In this document: in pieces, positions 7,816 through 17,678 of the stretch | Numbering within the stretch: the first letter of the stretch is position 1 | Layout of the letters: every line of letters starts with the position of its first letter | Source of the DNA: a virus | Direction: 5' to 3' (one strand) | Length of the DNA: 64,000 nt | IMG/VR virus record: IMGVR_UViG_3300005518_000002 | Coordinates: 1-64,000 of that record | Notes under the pieces: model-generated | What the model was told of the DNA's origin: nothing | Databases searched by the model: none | What the model saw: only the letters and a program-made list of their open reading frames with translations | Made by a program: the position numbers and the translations under genes

Positions 7816-8763
7816 TCACTCGGTCCAGTACGAGCCACGGACCAGACGATGGGCGACGCTTGCGTTCTGTCCCTCGGGGTTGTGGACGAAGACCTCGAAC
7901 CGGAGCTCGTATCCGTCGTCCAGGACTCCCCCGGCGGAGAAGTCCAGGTAAGCGTCGCCGCCTGATCCAGGAGAGTACCGGTCAATGGCCAGACCGTTGG
8001 AATGCACGCCGTCGGCCACCCGGTAGTGGAAGAACCGTCCCTGCACCTTGACGTCGGGAGCCAGGTCCCTCAGCCGCAGCTGCACCAGGGCGTGGTAGCC
8101 GAAGCCCGGTCCGAGGATGGTGGGCTTCTCGGTGAATCCGAGCGTCTGCCACTGCTTCGGCTCGACGGCCGTCAGTTCGGGAGAGGTGACCGACAGGGAC
8201 TTCACTTCGTCCTCCAGGGGGACGGGCGGTGCGGGGTTCTTGGCACGGGCGATGATGCCCGGCATGAGTACGTTGTGGAACTGCTTGACGCGTGCGTCCC
8301 CGGGGCAGGAATGCAGGTCGGGGTTCCAGGTTCTGAAGAGCCTGTGGTAGCCGAAGCCCGGCTCCCCCGGTCCGGGGCAGACGCGCAGGGGAATGCCGTG
8401 CTCCTTGTGCACCCACACCCCGAGCTTGATCATCGTCTCGATCTGTGCAGGGGTCCACGGGTCCGTGGCGCCGAGGTTGGAGGCGGACTCCAGACTGATG
8501 GCTCCCGTGCCGTCCGGCCGCTTGTTGGCTGCTCCGGTGGCGTCCGCCCGCGTCTGCGTGCCGATGAACTGGCCGAGGGACCCGTCATAGTCGAGTCCGA
8601 AATGGGACTCCAGGTTGGTGCTGTCCCGCCAGTATTCGTAGATCCTTTTCTCGTCCCACGGTGCTGTGATCGAGTGGAAGATCAGTTGCGTCGGCCGGAT
8701 CGCCGGTTGGCTGTCACTCTCGGGCTGGAGCTCCATCCGGATGGCTCCGCGATACCAGCTCAT
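7816..8763 (-). CDS. endolysin, N-acetylmuramoyl-L-alanine amidase
   Basis: LIFHS, SHFGLD, AISLES, GYHR, SCPG amidase_2 motifs; RBS AAGGAG. Confidence 0.88.
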   Translation of the reverse strand: MSWYRGAIRMELQPESDSQPAIRPTQLIFHSITAPWDEKRIYEYWRDSTNLESHFGLDYDGSLGQFIGTQTRADATGAANKRPDGTGAISLESASNLGATDPWTPAQIETMIKLGVWVHKEHGIPLRVCPGPGEPGFGYHRLFRTWNPDLHSCPGDARVKQFHNVLMPGIIARAKNPAPPVPLEDEVKSLSVTSPELTAVEPKQWQTLGFTEKPTILGPGFGYHALVQLRLRDLAPDVKVQGRFFHYRVADGVHSNGLAIDRYSPGSGGDAYLDFSAGGVLDDGYELRFEVFVHNPEGQNASVAHRLVRGSYWTE

Positions 8764-9067
8764 CGGGATTCTCCTTGGTTGCACGGTTCAGTATTATGAT
8801 CATGAAGGTCTGGTACCAGAGTACAAAACCCACGGTGGCCTGGAGCCCGACCCAGACGACGCTGAACCAGGCCGGGTTGATGTGAAGCACCACGGCAGCT
8901 GCGAAGATCCCCGACATACCTGTTTCCGCCACGGCGTACGTGGCCAGCATCCGTCCGGTGTGCGACTTCCACCAGGCTGTCACATAGCTGTAGACGAGAA
9001 GCATGGCGAGACCGGCCGTGCAGGTGAACGTACCGGAAACTGCATAGACCACTTCCGTGCTGGTCAC
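8714..9067 (-). CDS. membrane protein, putative holin
   Basis: 3 TM segments directly upstream of endolysin. Confidence 0.65.
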   Translation of the reverse strand: MTSTEVVYAVSGTFTCTAGLAMLLVYSYVTAWWKSHTGRMLATYAVAETGMSGIFAAAVVLHINPAWFSVVWVGLQATVGFVLWYQTFMIIILNRATKENPDELVSRSHPDGAPARE

Positions 9068-9279
9068 TTCGCGCCCCCAAGGGCTTCTTTGATCGCTCGG
9101 GCGAAGTTGTTCTGTTCGCCGTACCGCTTGAGAATGTCGGCTTTCCTGGTGATCTCAGGGGTGTCCCGCTCTGCCTCCCGGAGGTCTCCGCTGGCCTTGG
9201 CCAGTGCCTTGTCCGCCTGCACCTGACCCTTGGACGTGCCGGTTTCCTTATCCTTCCGCAGAAGCTTTAGCAGCCCCAT
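9064..9279 (-). CDS. lysis-cassette small protein
   Basis: MGLLKLLRK...EQNNFARAIKEALGG; overlapping neighbours. Confidence 0.6.
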   Translation of the reverse strand: MGLLKLLRKDKETGTSKGQVQADKALAKASGDLREAERDTPEITRKADILKRYGEQNNFARAIKEALGGAK

Positions 9280-9573
9280 GGCCGCCCCTTTCACTGTTCA
9301 TCCCGGCTACCTGGGGGAGCGCCTGGATCACGCTGGTACTGACTTTGTTGGCCTCCAGGAGTGTGGTCACTTGCTGCCGCAGGACTTCGTTGGCGTCCTG
9401 GGATTTCTCGTATGCCGCGCGCCACGTGTCGATCTGCTTGTCCTTGTCGGCACGGATGTCATCGAGCATGGCGCGCGGGATCAGCTTGCCCCACAGCACG
9501 AGGAGAACCACCAGGGTCAGAATGCCGGTTGCACCGGCCGTCGGAGTGAGGAACGACGTGAATTCCATTTCAT
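9248..9573 (-). CDS. membrane protein with coiled coil (lysis cassette)
   Basis: MEFTSFLTP..., one TM then coiled coil; start approximate. Confidence 0.6.
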
Positions 9574-9851
9574 ACTCCCGTGACCGGGGTGACGTCGTCC
9601 CAGCCTGTGGCATCGACAGGCTCACGGTTGTAGACCGCCTGGCGGACCTGGTCGAGCGTTGCTTTCAGTTCCGCATCGGTGATCACGCCTTTGTCCACCA
9701 GGGACTTCATCAGGATGGCGGTCACCGTCAGGTTCGAGAGCATGAGCGCCCGCATCGGAGCGTCCGACATGGACAGGTCGGTACCGAACTTCAGGGCCAC
9801 GTCGTACTGAGCGTCCCGCAGATTCTTGACGTACTGCTTGATCGTGGCCAC
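9570..9851 (-). CDS. hypothetical protein
   Basis: RBS AAGGAG, GTG start. Confidence 0.7.
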   Translation of the reverse strand: MATIKQYVKNLRDAQYDVALKFGTDLSMSDAPMRALMLSNLTVTAILMKSLVDKGVITDAELKATLDQVRQAVYNREPVDATGWDDVTPVTGV

Positions 9852-9860
9852 GGACTCTCC

Positions 9861-10400
9861 TTACAGCGGCAGAACGACGATCTCTCTGAAAGAGAACGAG
9901 GCTGTGGTGGCCGACTGGCTCACGTACTTCATGGTGAAGGTATTGGAGCCAGGCGTCAGGGTTTCCTTGCTACAGGCCCCGTAACGGCACGGGTTGGTGG
10001 CTGAGGCACCGTCGCGGGCGATCCGGCGGGAGTTGTCCGCACCCTGCGTCGTAGCCCCGGAGATGGCGAACGAGGCACTTGCGCTGCCGTCCACGGTGCC
10101 GTTGTCGAGTGTGGCATTGATCCAGACGATTGCAGCCGATCCGGTGGTCACGGTGACGGCAGGGCCCGGGGTCGCCAGGTCGACATAGGACGTGGACGTC
10201 GTCGTCTCCGTCGTGTCGATCCGCTGGTTGCTGAAGCTGCGCGCCGCAATCGAGTTGGCGCCGGTCGCCACGAAGAGCTGACCGCTGGTGGTGGCCTTTG
10301 CGGGAGATGTCTCGTTCAGGTTGTCGCGGATGTAGGTGTTGAACTGAGCGGCGGTGAAGATGCTCCCCGCCACCGCGGTCATTGGCGCTGTCCAGGTAAT
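9861..10400 (-). CDS. minor tail protein (possible ATT start at 10400; first ATG at 10382)
   Basis: (I/M)TWTAPMTAVAGSIFTAAQFNTYIRDNL, Thr/Ser-rich beta protein. Confidence 0.7.
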   Translation of the reverse strand: MTWTAPMTAVAGSIFTAAQFNTYIRDNLNETSPAKATTSGQLFVATGANSIAARSFSNQRIDTTETTTSTSYVDLATPGPAVTVTTGSAAIVWINATLDNGTVDGSASASFAISGATTQGADNSRRIARDGASATNPCRYGACSKETLTPGSNTFTMKYVSQSATTASFSFREIVVLPL

Positions 10401-10433
10401 TTGGACCGCCCCCTCTCTGGCTGTGTCCGACGA

Positions 10434-10793
10434 TTACCGGGGGTCGACTCCGTTGGCTGCGTTCTCTTCGCGGAGCTGTTCGACGCTCTGGCCGTGCTCG
10501 ATGCGGAAGCGCACCGCGGTTTCGTGATCCGCCGGATACCAGTTCCGGGTATGGGGGATCGGGCGGAGCATCAGGACTTCCATCAGCCCGCCCATGTCGG
10601 AGGGCCATTCGATTACTGCGTCCATACCGCAGTAGGTGCAGTGGAACGACGGTGCCTGAATGGTGCGGGGCCCACCCTTGCGGATGGGGAGGTAGAGGTG
10701 GTCCACGTTGCCGCAGCCGGGGCGCGGGCAGTCGGCCACCCAGTCCCCGGCATACACATATGCGCGGGCCACCGTCTTCAGCAGCATGGTCAT
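10434..10793 (-). CDS. hypothetical zinc-binding protein
   Basis: CPRPGC and CTYC motifs. Confidence 0.65.
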   Translation of the reverse strand: MTMLLKTVARAYVYAGDWVADCPRPGCGNVDHLYLPIRKGGPRTIQAPSFHCTYCGMDAVIEWPSDMGGLMEVLMLRPIPHTRNWYPADHETAVRFRIEHGQSVEQLREENAANGVDPR

Positions 10794-13141
10794 GTCGCGA
10801 ATACTCCTAGATCGAATTGCCCCCGGATGGGGTCGTCGAAGGTGAACACCGAAGCGGGGTCGTCCGAGCTGAGCGGATCGAAGACACCTTCATCGAATCC
10901 GGCGCCGCGTTTGTCGAACGTGAAGGGGTTCGACTCCACGGCTTCCGGCTCTTTCTCGCAGCCGAGCACGACGGAATGGACCGGCTCCTGATCGCTCCAG
11001 ATGCGGCGGATATCGTGGGTGACCCGCTCCACGAAGAAGTCGGAGTTCAGACCCATCTCGTCGTTCTGGACGGTGATCCTGTCGGACACCGTCCGTGTCA
11101 CCACCTGGTTGAAATGGGACGGGTCCTTGGAGGCGACGCGCAGCTGAATGATCGGTTTGCGCTGGGCATAGCGGAACACGATCTTTGACGCGACGGCCAG
11201 CGCGTCGTGCACGTTCACCCAGGGGACGGTGTCCGGGTACGAGCGGTCCCCGTGCTCGCCGACGGAAGCACTGTCCACCTGACTGATGTTGATCGTCCGC
11301 TGAACCGTGACCGGCCGCGCCCGCACCTGAAGATATGTGATCACAGCTGTGCCGCCGGTAGATGTGATCCGCAGGATGATGGACTGTCCGCTGGTCCGGT
11401 TGAAGGTCGCAGTCACGACCGGTCCGGCCGCATAGACGATGTCCGTACCGTCGATCAGATCCTGCGCATCCGTGAACGGCTCGGAACTGGAGATGTGCAG
11501 GGAGATCGTTTCGTTCGGTCCGACGACCGTGGTCGACTCGGACGACCAGACGACTTCCAGTTCCAGCGACGGGGTGCGCTCCCCCACTTCGATCTGCGCT
11601 TTGTTGATGATGTCCCGCCAGCCGTGCGCGTAGGTGAACGGGGCCGTGTAGTTGAAGCCGGTCACGGGCGGGGCCGCGCAGTCGATCGCTTCAGCGGCGA
11701 ACCGTCCCTGCGAGATGACAGAGTGCTCCCGCACGATCCGGTGGTGCCGGTCGCGGAAGACGAACGTACCGTCGGGTGCCTGGTAGGCCATGGCGGGCGG
11801 ACCTTCGGACCGGACGATCTCCTGCATGGCGGCAAAGGCGTCCGTGCCGTCCACCCACCAGTAGGGGAAGAACGACGCGCCCAGGTCGATGTCCCTCGGA
11901 CCGGTCCATCCGATCTCGTCCAGGATGACGCTCACGGCCGCGCCGGAGCGGATCGAGGTGTACAGAGCAGTGGACAGTTTGGTCCCCTGGAGCAGCGCCT
12001 GTCCGTCCAGGAAGGTGAAGGATGCCGTACGGCTCTTGCGGTCGGAGCTGACGTTGTAGTCGTCGATCCGGCCGCGGAAGAGCGGATAGGTCACGCCGCT
12101 GTAAGTGACCTGAGCACGGGTTTCCCGGGCGGGGTCCAGATCACCGAACAGGGGAGAGCTGACGTTCTCCGGACTGTAGGTCCGGCCGGAGTTGTTCAGG
12201 TTGAAGGCCATCGTGCCCACGGACGTCGGGGAGAGCTGACGCTCCTGGTCCCGGCCGTAGCCGACGGAGATTCCGGCGCTGGTGATGTCCTGGCTGACTT
12301 CCTCGTTCGGGTCGGTGAAGTCCCCGTCCGCATTCCAGTCGATGGCGAAGGAGTACTGCGCGCCGGACACGCAGAAAGCCCATGTCGGCTGGACCACCGT
12401 CACCGAGGGGTTGTACGCCGTCCCTGTGGCGGAGGCCAGTCCGGCGGGGGCCTGCGTACTGCCCGCAGCGGTCGGCGGCCGGATCGCCAGCGTCGACATG
12501 TTGTTGCCGAAGTACGGGGTGTTACTGGCCGTGGTCTGGCGCAGGGCCGAGGTACCGGTGGACACCGTGGCGTTGGAGTCGTACAGCGCTACGGACAGCT
12601 CCCCGAAGCCGTCGGTGTCGTCCACCCGTTCGGCGTCCCCGCCCACCGAGTCCGTGAAGGTGCACGCCACCAGGGCACTGGCAGCCCGGAAGGTCACGAG
12701 CCAGCTGTTGGCGGAGGTGACGTTGATCTGCGGGTGATCGACCGTGGTGCTCGGGTTGGTGGTGTCGTCGGGCTCCCAGTCGTTCAGCGGCGTGGTCAGG
12801 TGCGTCCCGGACCAGGCCGCGATGAAGGACAGGATGTTGGGCGTGCCCGAGGGATAGGAACCCGAGGGGTAGGTGACCGAGACGTTCGCACCTTCGGAGC
12901 CGGTGGCGATGCGCCAGAAGAAGGTGGTCCGGGGCCAGGGGTGGGGGGCCGACTGGTCGTACCGTCCGGCAGTCATCAGGACGTTCCACCCGGCGGGAGT
13001 GGTCTCGTCCGTCCGGCTGTCCTGCGTGCTGAACATGATGAGCAGGTCGTTCGCGACCACACCCGCGGGCATGGGGACGTTCTTGGCACCGCCTCCGATG
13101 GTCTTCAGGCGGGCTCCTGCGGCGCGGAACGCGATAGCCAT
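10790..13141 (-). CDS. minor tail protein
   Basis: 783 aa immediately downstream of tape measure. Confidence 0.8.
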   Translation of the reverse strand: MAIAFRAAGARLKTIGGGAKNVPMPAGVVANDLLIMFSTQDSRTDETTPAGWNVLMTAGRYDQSAPHPWPRTTFFWRIATGSEGANVSVTYPSGSYPSGTPNILSFIAAWSGTHLTTPLNDWEPDDTTNPSTTVDHPQINVTSANSWLVTFRAASALVACTFTDSVGGDAERVDDTDGFGELSVALYDSNATVSTGTSALRQTTASNTPYFGNNMSTLAIRPPTAAGSTQAPAGLASATGTAYNPSVTVVQPTWAFCVSGAQYSFAIDWNADGDFTDPNEEVSQDITSAGISVGYGRDQERQLSPTSVGTMAFNLNNSGRTYSPENVSSPLFGDLDPARETRAQVTYSGVTYPLFRGRIDDYNVSSDRKSRTASFTFLDGQALLQGTKLSTALYTSIRSGAAVSVILDEIGWTGPRDIDLGASFFPYWWVDGTDAFAAMQEIVRSEGPPAMAYQAPDGTFVFRDRHHRIVREHSVISQGRFAAEAIDCAAPPVTGFNYTAPFTYAHGWRDIINKAQIEVGERTPSLELEVVWSSESTTVVGPNETISLHISSSEPFTDAQDLIDGTDIVYAAGPVVTATFNRTSGQSIILRITSTGGTAVITYLQVRARPVTVQRTINISQVDSASVGEHGDRSYPDTVPWVNVHDALAVASKIVFRYAQRKPIIQLRVASKDPSHFNQVVTRTVSDRITVQNDEMGLNSDFFVERVTHDIRRIWSDQEPVHSVVLGCEKEPEAVESNPFTFDKRGAGFDEGVFDPLSSDDPASVFTFDDPIRGQFDLGVFAT

Positions 13142-13142
13142 G

Positions 13143-16100
13143 TCAGCCCGTCGCCGCCCTCACGATGCCCTGGAGCCTGCCCTTGCGCCGCAGGTTGTCC
13201 AGCGATTCGGTGAGCCAGTTCTCCATCTCGTGCTGCGAGCCGATCACGCCGTGGTTCTCGATGGTCAGCTGGACCAGCATGCCCCCGCCGCCCAGGAGGC
13301 TGGAGGTCTGGCGGGAGCCGAGCACGCGGCCGCCGGACTGGAAGTGTGCGAGCTCGATGCCGTGCTCGCCCACGGTGTGCCAGCCTGCCGAGGTGCCGTT
13401 GCTGCCGTTGGCGTAGCCCCCGGCACGGTTGAAGGCCCGCGGCAGCGAGCCGTAGGCAGCCAGCGCGTAGCGCATCGCGGCGTAGACGTTCGCCAGCGGG
13501 TTGACCGAGGTGCCGTACAGGAACGGCCCCGTCTTGAGCATCTTGCCCGCGTAGGCCCGGAAGGTCGGACCGATCACCTGCATCAGGCCGACCGAGGGAT
13601 GTCCGGCCTTCCAGTTGGAGTCCCATTTATTGACCACGGTCGGGTTGCCGCCGGATTCCTGGTTCATCCGGCGCAGGGTCATCGCGGTGTACCCGGCGGG
13701 CTGACCGAGCATCCGCAGGGCCATCTGGACCACGCCGGTCCAGCGCTTGACCCCCGCGCCGCCTCCCCCGGTGGCGCTACCGGCGCCGAGCCCGAACATC
13801 CCCGCAAGGCTGCCTGCGGCGTTCTTCAGGATGCCGCCCAGGCCGTCCACCATGCGCTGGGGCATGCTCCGGACCAAGTCCGCGATGCCTCCGTTGCCCA
13901 GACCGGCGTTGACCGACTTCATCAGGGGTCCGGTGAGCTTCTTCCACATGCCCAGGGGATCCATGAACAGGTCCCCCGCCAGACTGGCCGTGTCCTTGAG
14001 CAGGCCACCGACGCTCTTGGCTGCGCCACCGAGCCAGCCGATCACTCCGCCGTCCTTGTATCCGGGGATCTGCCCTCCCCCGGCGAACGGCAGGCGGCCG
14101 GTGCTGTTGATGTAGTCCAGCGCTCCGTAGCCGACGCTCTTGGCAGCCCGACGGTTGATCATGAACTCGTCCGCCATGGCCAGAATGGGGATGGAGTCGA
14201 CTCCCGGCTGTCCTCCCCGGGTGCGGCCGCCCTGCGCGAACTTGATCGGGTTGAGCTTCCCAACCTTCGTAATCTTGGCCACGGCGTTCCAGGTGGGAAC
14301 GATTCCGCGGTTGTATACCCAGTTGACCATGAAGGAGATGGGCCCCCGGGCAATCGCGTACAGCTTGTCCCAGGCCACCTTGATGCCGTGCACCCCGGTG
14401 TCGAACCCGAGCTTCACCAGGTGGACCGCAGACTTGATCTTGTCGAACACCGGACGCAGATACCGCTCCCAGACCAGGGAGATGGCCTGGCGCAGGACGG
14501 TCCAGGCCGCGACGATCCCGTCCTTCGCCGTGCGGAAGCCGCGCACGAGGGGACCTACGACATACTGGACAAACAGGCCCAGAACGACCTTGATCCCCGC
14601 CCAGGCAAGGGAGATCACCTGACGGATCCCGTTCCAGGCCGGTACGACGTAGCTGCGCCAGAGCAGCATGACCACGGAACCGACCAGGCGGAAGATCGAC
14701 ATCATGTTGTTCAGCGCAGGCTTGATGATCACGAGCCAGACCAGCTTGATCGCAGAACCGATCCCGTCGAATGCTGGCTTCAAGATCGTTTTCCAGAGCC
14801 AGGTCCCCGCAGCCGCCAGCGCCTTGAAAAGCAGGATGATCGGATAGACGACCAGCACACCGATGATCGTGGCCATGATCCGGGCAGCCAGACTGATCCC
14901 CTCGAACACGGGCTTCAGATAGCGCCAGGCCCACTCCCCCGCAGCCTTGATCGCATTCCAGGCGTACTTCCAGGCCGTCTGGAACCAGGTGGTCTTGGTG
15001 GCGATCCAGATGATTGCGCCCACCAGCGCGGCAATGGCCACGATGATGATCCCGATCGGGTTGGCAGTCATCGCGGCGTTCCACAGCCACTGCGCAGCGG
15101 TGACGATGCCGGTCCAGACGGCGACGGCCTTCTGGGAGATCCAGAGGATGGCGAGCTGGGCGCGCATGATCATAAGGCTGTCCGTCTGTGCCATGGTGGC
15201 GACGGTCCAGGCCACTGTTGCCGTGGTGGCCAGCGCAGTGTAAACGGCGAAGATCTTCATTCCGAGGTAGACGGCCATCGTGCTCGCGAGCAGCAGAGTC
15301 AGGGCCCCGACCAGCGTCATGGTGATCTTCTGGTGGCGGCCGAAGAAGTCGACAATTCCTGTGACGACCGGGATCAGCTTGGTCCCGATCTGGATCGCGA
15401 ATGCGGCTACGGTCTGCTTGGCCATGTCGAGCCGGACGTTGAAGAGCTTCTGTGTAACGCCCCAGCCCTCCACGTCCTTGGACGCGTTGTGCATGGAATG
15501 GCCAGTCTTCTCCACACGCTCCTTGAAGCCCGGCAGGCTCTCCCCGGTGAGCTGGAGAATGGTGTTCAGACCGATGGCGCCGCCGGACATCTTCCGCAGC
15601 GCGTCGGTGTAGGTCTTGGAGGCCGAGCCACCGGCCTTGAGCTCCCGGCTGAAGCCCTTGGACCGGTTGACCAGCGTGGCGAAGTTCTGGAGCATGGGAC
15701 GGCTCTCGACCGGCACGCCCTTGAGGAACTTCGTCCAGTCCTCCAGGATCATCTTCCCGCCCAGGAACTCCCGGGCCATGTCCTGGAACTCCGGTGGGAT
15801 CTTCTTCAGCATCTCCTGCGCTGCGGCGGCCGACTGCTTGGTTCCCTCGAACGCGCTCATGAGGACAGTGCCCGAGGGGCCCATCCTCTTCAGGATCGTG
15901 TCAGTGAGCAGTTCGAAGGTCCCGGTCAGTCCGCGCTTGCCGATCTTTGTGGAGACGTCCACGCTGCTCAGACCGAACCGGGCCATCTCCCGCTGCGCCA
16001 CCATGTTGGGCGCGGTGAGGTTACGGATCGTCGCCGACAGTTCCTGGGTGGCTTCCCGGGCGCTGGTGCCGTGCTGGGTGAGGGTGGCGATGGCGCCGCC

Positions 16101-16742
16101 GACTTCCTCAAAGCTGATCTTGTTGGCGGAAGCGATCGGGATCACGGTGGAGAGCGCGCCGGAGAACTGCTCCATGGTGATCTTGCCTTCACCCGCGGAG
16201 GTCTTCAGCGCGTTCATGACGCGGACGGCGTCCGAGGATTCCAGGTGGTACGAAGCCATGACGGAGGTCATGGCGTTGGTCACGTCGGCCAGGTCCGCGT
16301 TCTCCTCGCGCGCTCCCTGCGCGGCCGCCTTCAGGATGACCAGGCCCTTGGCTCCCCGGTACCCCGCCTTCTCAATGGTGTACATGCCTTCGGTGAGCTC
16401 GTTCATCCCGGTGCCGGTACCCCGGGCAATGTCCATGATCCCAGCCCGGACGACCTTGAGTCCCTTGGCCGTCTCACCGGCAGCCGTTTGGAGCACCGCG
16501 GTGTGCGCCTGGAAGTCACCAGCCATCTTGAGGGAGGCGACCGCGGCACCGGCCGCCACCATCGTGGTGCCCTTGCCGATGCGCGCCATGCTGGCGCCAA
16601 CGGTGGCGGCCGCAGCCTTGAACCCCCTGGACGACCCGTCCATCTGGGTCTTGGCCAGGGCCATCTCAGCCTTGAGCTTCTTACCGAACCCGCTGAAGTC
16701 CGGGAGGATGTGTACGAGTCCCTGGCCGACCAGCTCAGCCAT
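13143..16742 (-). CDS. tape measure protein with C-terminal lytic transglycosylase domain
   Basis: 1199 aa Ala/Gly-rich helical protein with Trp periodicity; QESGGNP..VN.WDSN...G.PS.GLMQ.I.PTF SLT motif. Confidence 0.92.
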   Translation of the reverse strand: MAELVGQGLVHILPDFSGFGKKLKAEMALAKTQMDGSSRGFKAAAATVGASMARIGKGTTMVAAGAAVASLKMAGDFQAHTAVLQTAAGETAKGLKVVRAGIMDIARGTGTGMNELTEGMYTIEKAGYRGAKGLVILKAAAQGAREENADLADVTNAMTSVMASYHLESSDAVRVMNALKTSAGEGKITMEQFSGALSTVIPIASANKISFEEVGGAIATLTQHGTSAREATQELSATIRNLTAPNMVAQREMARFGLSSVDVSTKIGKRGLTGTFELLTDTILKRMGPSGTVLMSAFEGTKQSAAAAQEMLKKIPPEFQDMAREFLGGKMILEDWTKFLKGVPVESRPMLQNFATLVNRSKGFSRELKAGGSASKTYTDALRKMSGGAIGLNTILQLTGESLPGFKERVEKTGHSMHNASKDVEGWGVTQKLFNVRLDMAKQTVAAFAIQIGTKLIPVVTGIVDFFGRHQKITMTLVGALTLLLASTMAVYLGMKIFAVYTALATTATVAWTVATMAQTDSLMIMRAQLAILWISQKAVAVWTGIVTAAQWLWNAAMTANPIGIIIVAIAALVGAIIWIATKTTWFQTAWKYAWNAIKAAGEWAWRYLKPVFEGISLAARIMATIIGVLVVYPIILLFKALAAAGTWLWKTILKPAFDGIGSAIKLVWLVIIKPALNNMMSIFRLVGSVVMLLWRSYVVPAWNGIRQVISLAWAGIKVVLGLFVQYVVGPLVRGFRTAKDGIVAAWTVLRQAISLVWERYLRPVFDKIKSAVHLVKLGFDTGVHGIKVAWDKLYAIARGPISFMVNWVYNRGIVPTWNAVAKITKVGKLNPIKFAQGGRTRGGQPGVDSIPILAMADEFMINRRAAKSVGYGALDYINSTGRLPFAGGGQIPGYKDGGVIGWLGGAAKSVGGLLKDTASLAGDLFMDPLGMWKKLTGPLMKSVNAGLGNGGIADLVRSMPQRMVDGLGGILKNAAGSLAGMFGLGAGSATGGGGAGVKRWTGVVQMALRMLGQPAGYTAMTLRRMNQESGGNPTVVNKWDSNWKAGHPSVGLMQVIGPTFRAYAGKMLKTGPFLYGTSVNPLANVYAAMRYALAAYGSLPRAFNRAGGYANGSNGTSAGWHTVGEHGIELAHFQSGGRVLGSRQTSSLLGGGGMLVQLTIENHGVIGSQHEMENWLTESLDNLRRKGRLQGIVRAATG

Positions 16743-17100
16743 CGAGAACCACTCCCATCGACTTCATGAAACTCGCGGACGCTTCCTCTTCGTCCACCCA
16801 CCACAGCGGAGCGCCCGGCTCCCGCGCGGCAGGCTCCCTGACCTTCTGTCCCGGTACCGTCCACCCGGCCACGCCCAGCTGCTCGTCGAACCTGCGGCGT
16901 ACGTCCTCGTACTTCTCGTTCTCACCGACAGGCAGGCGCTCGGTCATGGCGTAGTAGACGACGTTCAGGAATCGGTCGGCAGGGAGATCGCTGAGATCGA
17001 CACCTCGGCTTGAGTGTTCTCCGTCGAGCTCGTGCCAGATTCCGGGCTGGGTGACCCATCCGAGGAGCGCTCGGATGGCAGGGTAGGGCGCATCCCGTAC
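16735..17100 (-). CDS. tail assembly chaperone, -1 frameshift extension (gpT-like)
   Basis: -1 frame open from 17100 to 16735: PYPAIRALLGWV...GVDLSDLPADRFLNVVYYAM... Confidence 0.65.
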   Translation of the reverse strand, partial: VRDAPYPAIRALLGWVTQPGIWHELDGEHSSRGVDLSDLPADRFLNVVYYAMTERLPVGENEKYEDVRRRFDEQLGVAGWTVPGQKVREPAAREPGAPLWWVDEEEASASFMKSMGVVLDG

Positions 17101-17384
17101 TCACTCATGATCCACTGAACGACGTCGTTCACCTGGTCTAGTTCGATGGGTTGCTGTGGATCACCCATCCTGGCCCGGAAGTGCTGGAAGGACTCCGGTA
17201 CCAGAACCGTCTCCAGAACAGTGACCATGGCGAGCTGAGCCTTGGCTCCGTCGTTCTCGTCCATGCCCTCGAACTGCGTGGCGAAGTCCATGAGCGTGTC
17301 GGCGGGAAGAGCCGGGGCAGCCTCGAAGACGTCTCCGTCGATTTCGAACTTCAGTTCCTTGCGCACCTTCGTGAAGCTCTTCAT
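16965..17384 (-). CDS. tail assembly chaperone (gpG-like)
   Basis: Upstream of tape measure; FEIDGDVF, RPT plus Ser-rich tail; -10-like TACGGT 7 nt before ATG (leaderless?). Confidence 0.75.
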   Translation of the reverse strand: MKSFTKVRKELKFEIDGDVFEAAPALPADTLMDFATQFEGMDENDGAKAQLAMVTVLETVLVPESFQHFRARMGDPQQPIELDQVNDVVQWIMSEYGMRPTLPSERSSDGSPSPESGTSSTENTQAEVSISAISLPTDS

Positions 17385-17678
17385 GGTCGACACCGTACGC
17401 GGGGATCAGACAAGATCATTCCGGAGGATGTTCCGGAGCCTGGTATACGGAAAGCCGTATACCTATGTGGTAGCTCTTCGTAGGGTTCGTCCTGGTTACC
17501 GGTCCGTAGAGTAGGAAAGTCCGGAGGTTCCCTTCTCCGGACCTTCCAGAACCACCCTGGTACCTGTTTATCTAAATCAGATTCTAGGAATAGTGGCTGG
17601 TCAGGGAGTTGATCGTTTCAGCATCCCTGCCCGGTTCCCCTCCCGGACGGGGAAGACCGTATATCCATACCTTCGGTC

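Noticed and set aside
12873-16769. 1298-aa plus-strand ORF and similar long antisense ORFs (11207-13213, 25348-27378, 30550-32379, 47990-49831, 55564-57915)
   Set aside because: Shadow frames of real genes in high-GC DNA; no motifs or RBS
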